Source: Candidatus Rokuibacteriota bacterium
Lineage (GTDB): Bacteria > Methylomirabilota > Methylomirabilia > Rokubacteriales > DASRDR01
DNA: 17,433 nucleotides
Assembly (NCBI GenBank): GCA_044866005.1
Contig: JBIOTN010000185.1
Span: 1-17,433 of the forward strand
Reading direction: 5' to 3'
Below, piece by piece: positions 14,187 through 17,433 of the stretch (position 1 is the first letter of the stretch; every line of letters starts with the position of its first letter). The position numbers were made by a program, and so were the translations under genes. Below the pieces are notes generated by a model. The model searched no databases. It worked only from the letters and a program-made list of their open reading frames with translations, and was not told where the DNA came from.

Positions 14187-15755
14187 ATGGCCCACCGGAT
14201 CGGCACGGAGCTGATCGACCGTGTCAAGGAGACGGTCGGCGGCCTGGCCGGCGAGGCGGGCCGGGGGCGGCCGGGGCTCCGGTACGCGGACATCCGCCTC
14301 GATGTGGCCGACGGCAAGGTCGCGGTCGCCGAGAACGCCGCCCCGAAGTTCGCCAACGACGACTACGCGTGCGCCTTCGGCGTCCGCGTGCTGGCCGGCG
14401 CGCGCACGAGCGCGGCGGGCCACGCGGGCGCCGCCCTCGGCGCTGCCGACGTCCCGCGCCTCGAGCGCATCCTCCGCGAGGCGCTCGACGCGGCCTATCG
14501 TCGCGCCGTGGCGAACGCCGAGGCGAAGGTGGAGGCGCGCCAGAAGTTCGGGGCCCTGGCGGAGAGCCTCGGGGAGACGCGCCTCGCCCCGATCCGGATC
14601 GCGCGCGCCGTCGTCCCGGCCGTCTTCTCCATCGACCCGCGGAGCGTCCCGCTCGACGACGTGGTCCGGTTCACCACGGAGCTCGCACGGGAGGTCGCCG
14701 CGCTCGACCCGGGGGTCAAGTACAGCACGCTGGTGACCCAGACCGAGCTCACACGCGAGCTCTTCTGCTCCTCCGACGGCGCGTCCATCGACCAGAGCTT
14801 CGCCCTGACCCAGGGCCTCCTCTACGTCGTCGGCGCCGGCGACGCGGCGAGCGCCGAGCTCTACGACGTCGTGGGCCACCAGCGGGGCTGGGAGATCCTG
14901 CTCGACGGCGCGCGCGAGGACGGTCTCGACCTCCCGGACTTCCGGACCTTCGCGCGCGGGCTCGCGCGGGACGCGATCGAGCTGGCGGCCGCGCCGCCGC
15001 TCCCGTCGACGGACCGCGAGGTGGTGGTGGTCACGGATCCCCACTACACCGCCCTGGTCGCCCACGAGGTGGTCGGTCACCCCGTCGAGCTCGACCGCGC
15101 CCTCAAGCTCGAGACCGCGTACGCCGGCCGGTCGTGGCTCCTGCGTTCGCTCGACGACAGTGAGGTCGGCCGGCAGATCGCCTCGCCCCTGGTCTCGGCG
15201 TGCTCCGACCCCGCCCTGCCCGGATACGGCCACTACACGTACGACCACGAGGGCACGCCGGCCCGCCGCGTCCTCCACATCGACCGCGGCGTCTTCCGCG
15301 AGTTCATGAACAGCCGTCAGACGGCGGCCATCGTGGGCGCCGAGCCGAACGGGCACTGCGTGGCGAGCGACGCCGCGCTCGTCCCGCTCGTCCGGATGTC
15401 GACCACGGTCTTCGAGCGGGGGACGCGGAGGCCGGAGGAGATCCTCGGCGAGGTCGATCACGGCTACTACCTGGTCGGCCACCGGACGCCGTCCATCGCC
15501 GAGAGTCGCGAGAACTTCCGGATCTCGGCGCGCAAGGTCTACGAGATCCGGCACGGCCAGCTCGGGCGTCTCTACCGCGACGGGGGGATCGTGGCGGATA
15601 CGCGGGATTACCTGATGAAGGTGGACGCCGTCGGCACGGACTTCCGGCTCTACCCCATCCCGAACTGCGGCAAGGGCCAGCCCATGCAGACCAAGCGGCT
15701 CGGCAACGGCGGCCCGACCATGCGGAGTCGCGCCCGGCTCACGGGCGGCAGCTGA
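14187..15755 (+). CDS. tldD: TldD/PmbA family metalloprotease, catalytic TldD-type subunit, 522 aa
   Basis: YADIR, FGVRVL, Zn motif HEVVGHPVELD, YDHEGTP, RMSTT and C-terminal NCGKGQP carrying the Cys ligand. Confidence 0.9.
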   Translation: MAHRIGTELIDRVKETVGGLAGEAGRGRPGLRYADIRLDVADGKVAVAENAAPKFANDDYACAFGVRVLAGARTSAAGHAGAALGAADVPRLERILREALDAAYRRAVANAEAKVEARQKFGALAESLGETRLAPIRIARAVVPAVFSIDPRSVPLDDVVRFTTELAREVAALDPGVKYSTLVTQTELTRELFCSSDGASIDQSFALTQGLLYVVGAGDAASAELYDVVGHQRGWEILLDGAREDGLDLPDFRTFARGLARDAIELAAAPPLPSTDREVVVVTDPHYTALVAHEVVGHPVELDRALKLETAYAGRSWLLRSLDDSEVGRQIASPLVSACSDPALPGYGHYTYDHEGTPARRVLHIDRGVFREFMNSRQTAAIVGAEPNGHCVASDAALVPLVRMSTTVFERGTRRPEEILGEVDHGYYLVGHRTPSIAESRENFRISARKVYEIRHGQLGRLYRDGGIVADTRDYLMKVDAVGTDFRLYPIPNCGKGQPMQTKRLGNGGPTMRSRARLTGGS

Positions 15756-15759
15756 CCGC

Positions 15760-17334
15760 GTGACGCTCGGGCCGTCGACGGCGGAGCTGGCGCGCGCCGC
15801 GCGCGAGGCGCAGGCGTTCCTGGCGACGCTGCCGGAGATCGCCCAGAGCGAGGTCTTCGTCGCGGCCAACGGACAGCTCCTCGCGCGCATCGCCTACACC
15901 TCCGACATTCCGTGCAACGGCGTCGAGGAGCCGAAGTCGAGCGCGTCCTACGGGCTCGGCCTCCAGGTGCTCTTCCGGATGGCCGACGGCCTGCGGATCG
16001 GCTTCGGGTCCGAGCCTTCGGACCTCACGCTCCCGGGCGTCCGGCGCGCGCTCGCGAAGGCGCGGGCGGGAGCGGTGCTCGATCCGACGTTCACCTCGCT
16101 TCCCAGGCCCGGCCCGGAGCGCCGGGCCCTCGCCGGCTATCACGACCCGCGCCTGCTCGACGTGGCCGACGAGGAGCTGGTCGGGGTCGGCTGGAAGGTG
16201 CTGTCGGGCGCGCTCCGGACGTTCGTCGCCTCGGGCCGCCTCGCCGAGCTGGCGGGCAGCGAGGCGGGGCTGCGCCGCCTCGGCTTGCTCGTGGGCGGTG
16301 ACGTGACCATCCTGCAGGAGCGCGCGGCGGTGGCGAGCAGTCACCTCCCCGCCGTCGAGACGGACGAGTCGACGCTGATCATGGCCTCGCTGACCGCCAT
16401 GGTGGAGCGGATGGACGCCAAAGGCTCGGGCTGGGCCACGGGCACGCGGCTCTTCGACTTCACGGACGAGTCCGGCGTGGACGCGACCCAGAACGCCATC
16501 CGGGCGCTGGCGGGCGTGCGCGTGCCGGCCGGGCGCTACGCGGTGGTCTTCGGCCCGCAGCCGGTGACCGACCTCTTGAGCAATCTGGTCCTCCCGGCGC
16601 TTCACGCCTCGTCGGTCTACGCCTCGAATACTCCCTTCCTCGGCCGGTGGGGCAAGCCGGTCGCCTCGCCGATGCTCTCGCTCTACGACGACGGCGCGGT
16701 CCCCGGCTTCATGGGGTCCAAGGGCATCACCTGCGAGGGGCTACCGACCGGGCGCACCGATCTCGTCACCCGGGGCAGGCTGACTGGCCTCCTGACCAAC
16801 TGGTACGAGGCCCAGCGGCTTCTCCGCGACCCCGACGCCCGCGTCAAGCTCGGCGTCGAGCCGGCCGAGGCGGCCCGCGGGCTCGTGGCCCGTAACGGCT
16901 TCCGCTTCGCCGCGGGCGGCGGCCGGCACTTCACGATGCCGCCGGGGATCGCCGCCACCAACGTATTCGTCGAAGGGGCCGAGCCCACCTCGCTCGACGC
17001 CCTCCTCCGCCGCGTGGGCGACGGCCTCTACATCGGCCGCATCTGGTACACCTACCCGATCAACGGGCTGCGGGCCGGCGATTTCACCTGCACGGTGGTC
17101 GGCGACTCCTACCTGATCCGCGACGGCCGCCTGGGGCCGCCGCTCCAGGCCAACGCCCTGCGCCTCGACGACAACATCGCCACGGTGCTCAACGACGTCG
17201 TCGGGATCACGACCGACACGAAGGGGACGCTCGTCTGGGCGGCGGACGAGGTGGTCTACGCGCCCCACGTCGCCGTGGCGGGCGTCCAGGTGGACGAGAT
17301 CGCGCCCCCGAGCGTCGTATTCACCGTCACCTGA
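15760..17334 (+). CDS. TldD/PmbA family protein, non-catalytic TldE/PmbA-type subunit, 524 aa
   Basis: GRYAVVFGP, VASPMLSLYDDG, EGLPT, GLYIGRIWY, GDFT and YLIRDGRL. No HExxH. Starts 4 nt after tldD. Confidence 0.85.
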   Translation: MTLGPSTAELARAAREAQAFLATLPEIAQSEVFVAANGQLLARIAYTSDIPCNGVEEPKSSASYGLGLQVLFRMADGLRIGFGSEPSDLTLPGVRRALAKARAGAVLDPTFTSLPRPGPERRALAGYHDPRLLDVADEELVGVGWKVLSGALRTFVASGRLAELAGSEAGLRRLGLLVGGDVTILQERAAVASSHLPAVETDESTLIMASLTAMVERMDAKGSGWATGTRLFDFTDESGVDATQNAIRALAGVRVPAGRYAVVFGPQPVTDLLSNLVLPALHASSVYASNTPFLGRWGKPVASPMLSLYDDGAVPGFMGSKGITCEGLPTGRTDLVTRGRLTGLLTNWYEAQRLLRDPDARVKLGVEPAEAARGLVARNGFRFAAGGGRHFTMPPGIAATNVFVEGAEPTSLDALLRRVGDGLYIGRIWYTYPINGLRAGDFTCTVVGDSYLIRDGRLGPPLQANALRLDDNIATVLNDVVGITTDTKGTLVWAADEVVYAPHVAVAGVQVDEIAPPSVVFTVT

Positions 17335-17363
17335 ACAGAGGCCGCGAGCGTCAGACTAACCTC

Positions 17364-17433
17364 GCCCGGGAGCGAAGCGCTCCGGGCGGCGGCTTCCGCC
17401 GCCGCAACCCGGGGGGGGAGGAATCGGAGGGGG
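17364..17433. repeat. Composite REP-like repeat downstream of tldE, truncated by the window end
   Basis: Hairpins GCCCGG(G)AGCG-AAG-CGCTCCGGGC (17364-17387) and GCGGCGGC-TTCC-GCCGCCGC (17386-17405), then CGCAACCC-G8-AGGAATCGGAGGGGG, similar to 7494-7517. Confidence 0.65.

Noticed and set aside
1..17433. Poly-C start and poly-G end suggesting a circular element or terminal inverted repeats
   Set aside because: Content is chromosomal housekeeping with no replication or transposase gene. An internal copy of the same repeat at 7494 points to assembly breaks at a dispersed repeat.
1..17433. tRNA, rRNA or CRISPR array
   Set aside because: No cloverleaf, rRNA-like segment or regularly spaced repeat-spacer pattern seen. 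Intergenic gaps are short.

Overview
A very GC-rich bacterial chromosomal segment (about 70-75% GC by eye). Gene style and intergenic repeats suggest a Candidatus Rokubacteria/Methylomirabilota-like genome, which is an inference only. Most of the window is housekeeping or metabolic genes: two atypical SDR oxidoreductases, a 5-formyl-THF cyclo-ligase-like protein, a secreted hypothetical protein, a LOG-family protein, an RRM RNA-binding protein, an alpha/beta hydrolase, a secreted Vgb-like beta-propeller, an ornithine cyclodeaminase/mu-crystallin protein, DUF309, XdhC, RDD, and a moeA-tldD-tldE run. Two things are not visible in the ORF track. First, a DsbA/FrnE-type thioredoxin-fold gene (2781-3377) has an active-site CxxC that reads TGA-CCC-TGG-TGC (UPWC) and is immediately followed by a SECIS-like hairpin, so it is very likely a selenoprotein that the ORF caller split in two. 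Second, a ~2 kb accessory islet (about 5570-7540) holds a lower-GC Zn-finger/HNH-like gene divergent from a Phd/YefM-RelE toxin-antitoxin pair, followed by a decayed serine-recombinase fragment cut off by a REP-like hairpin repeat. Related repeats also occur at both window ends. Most long ORFs in the track are GC-driven shadow frames.
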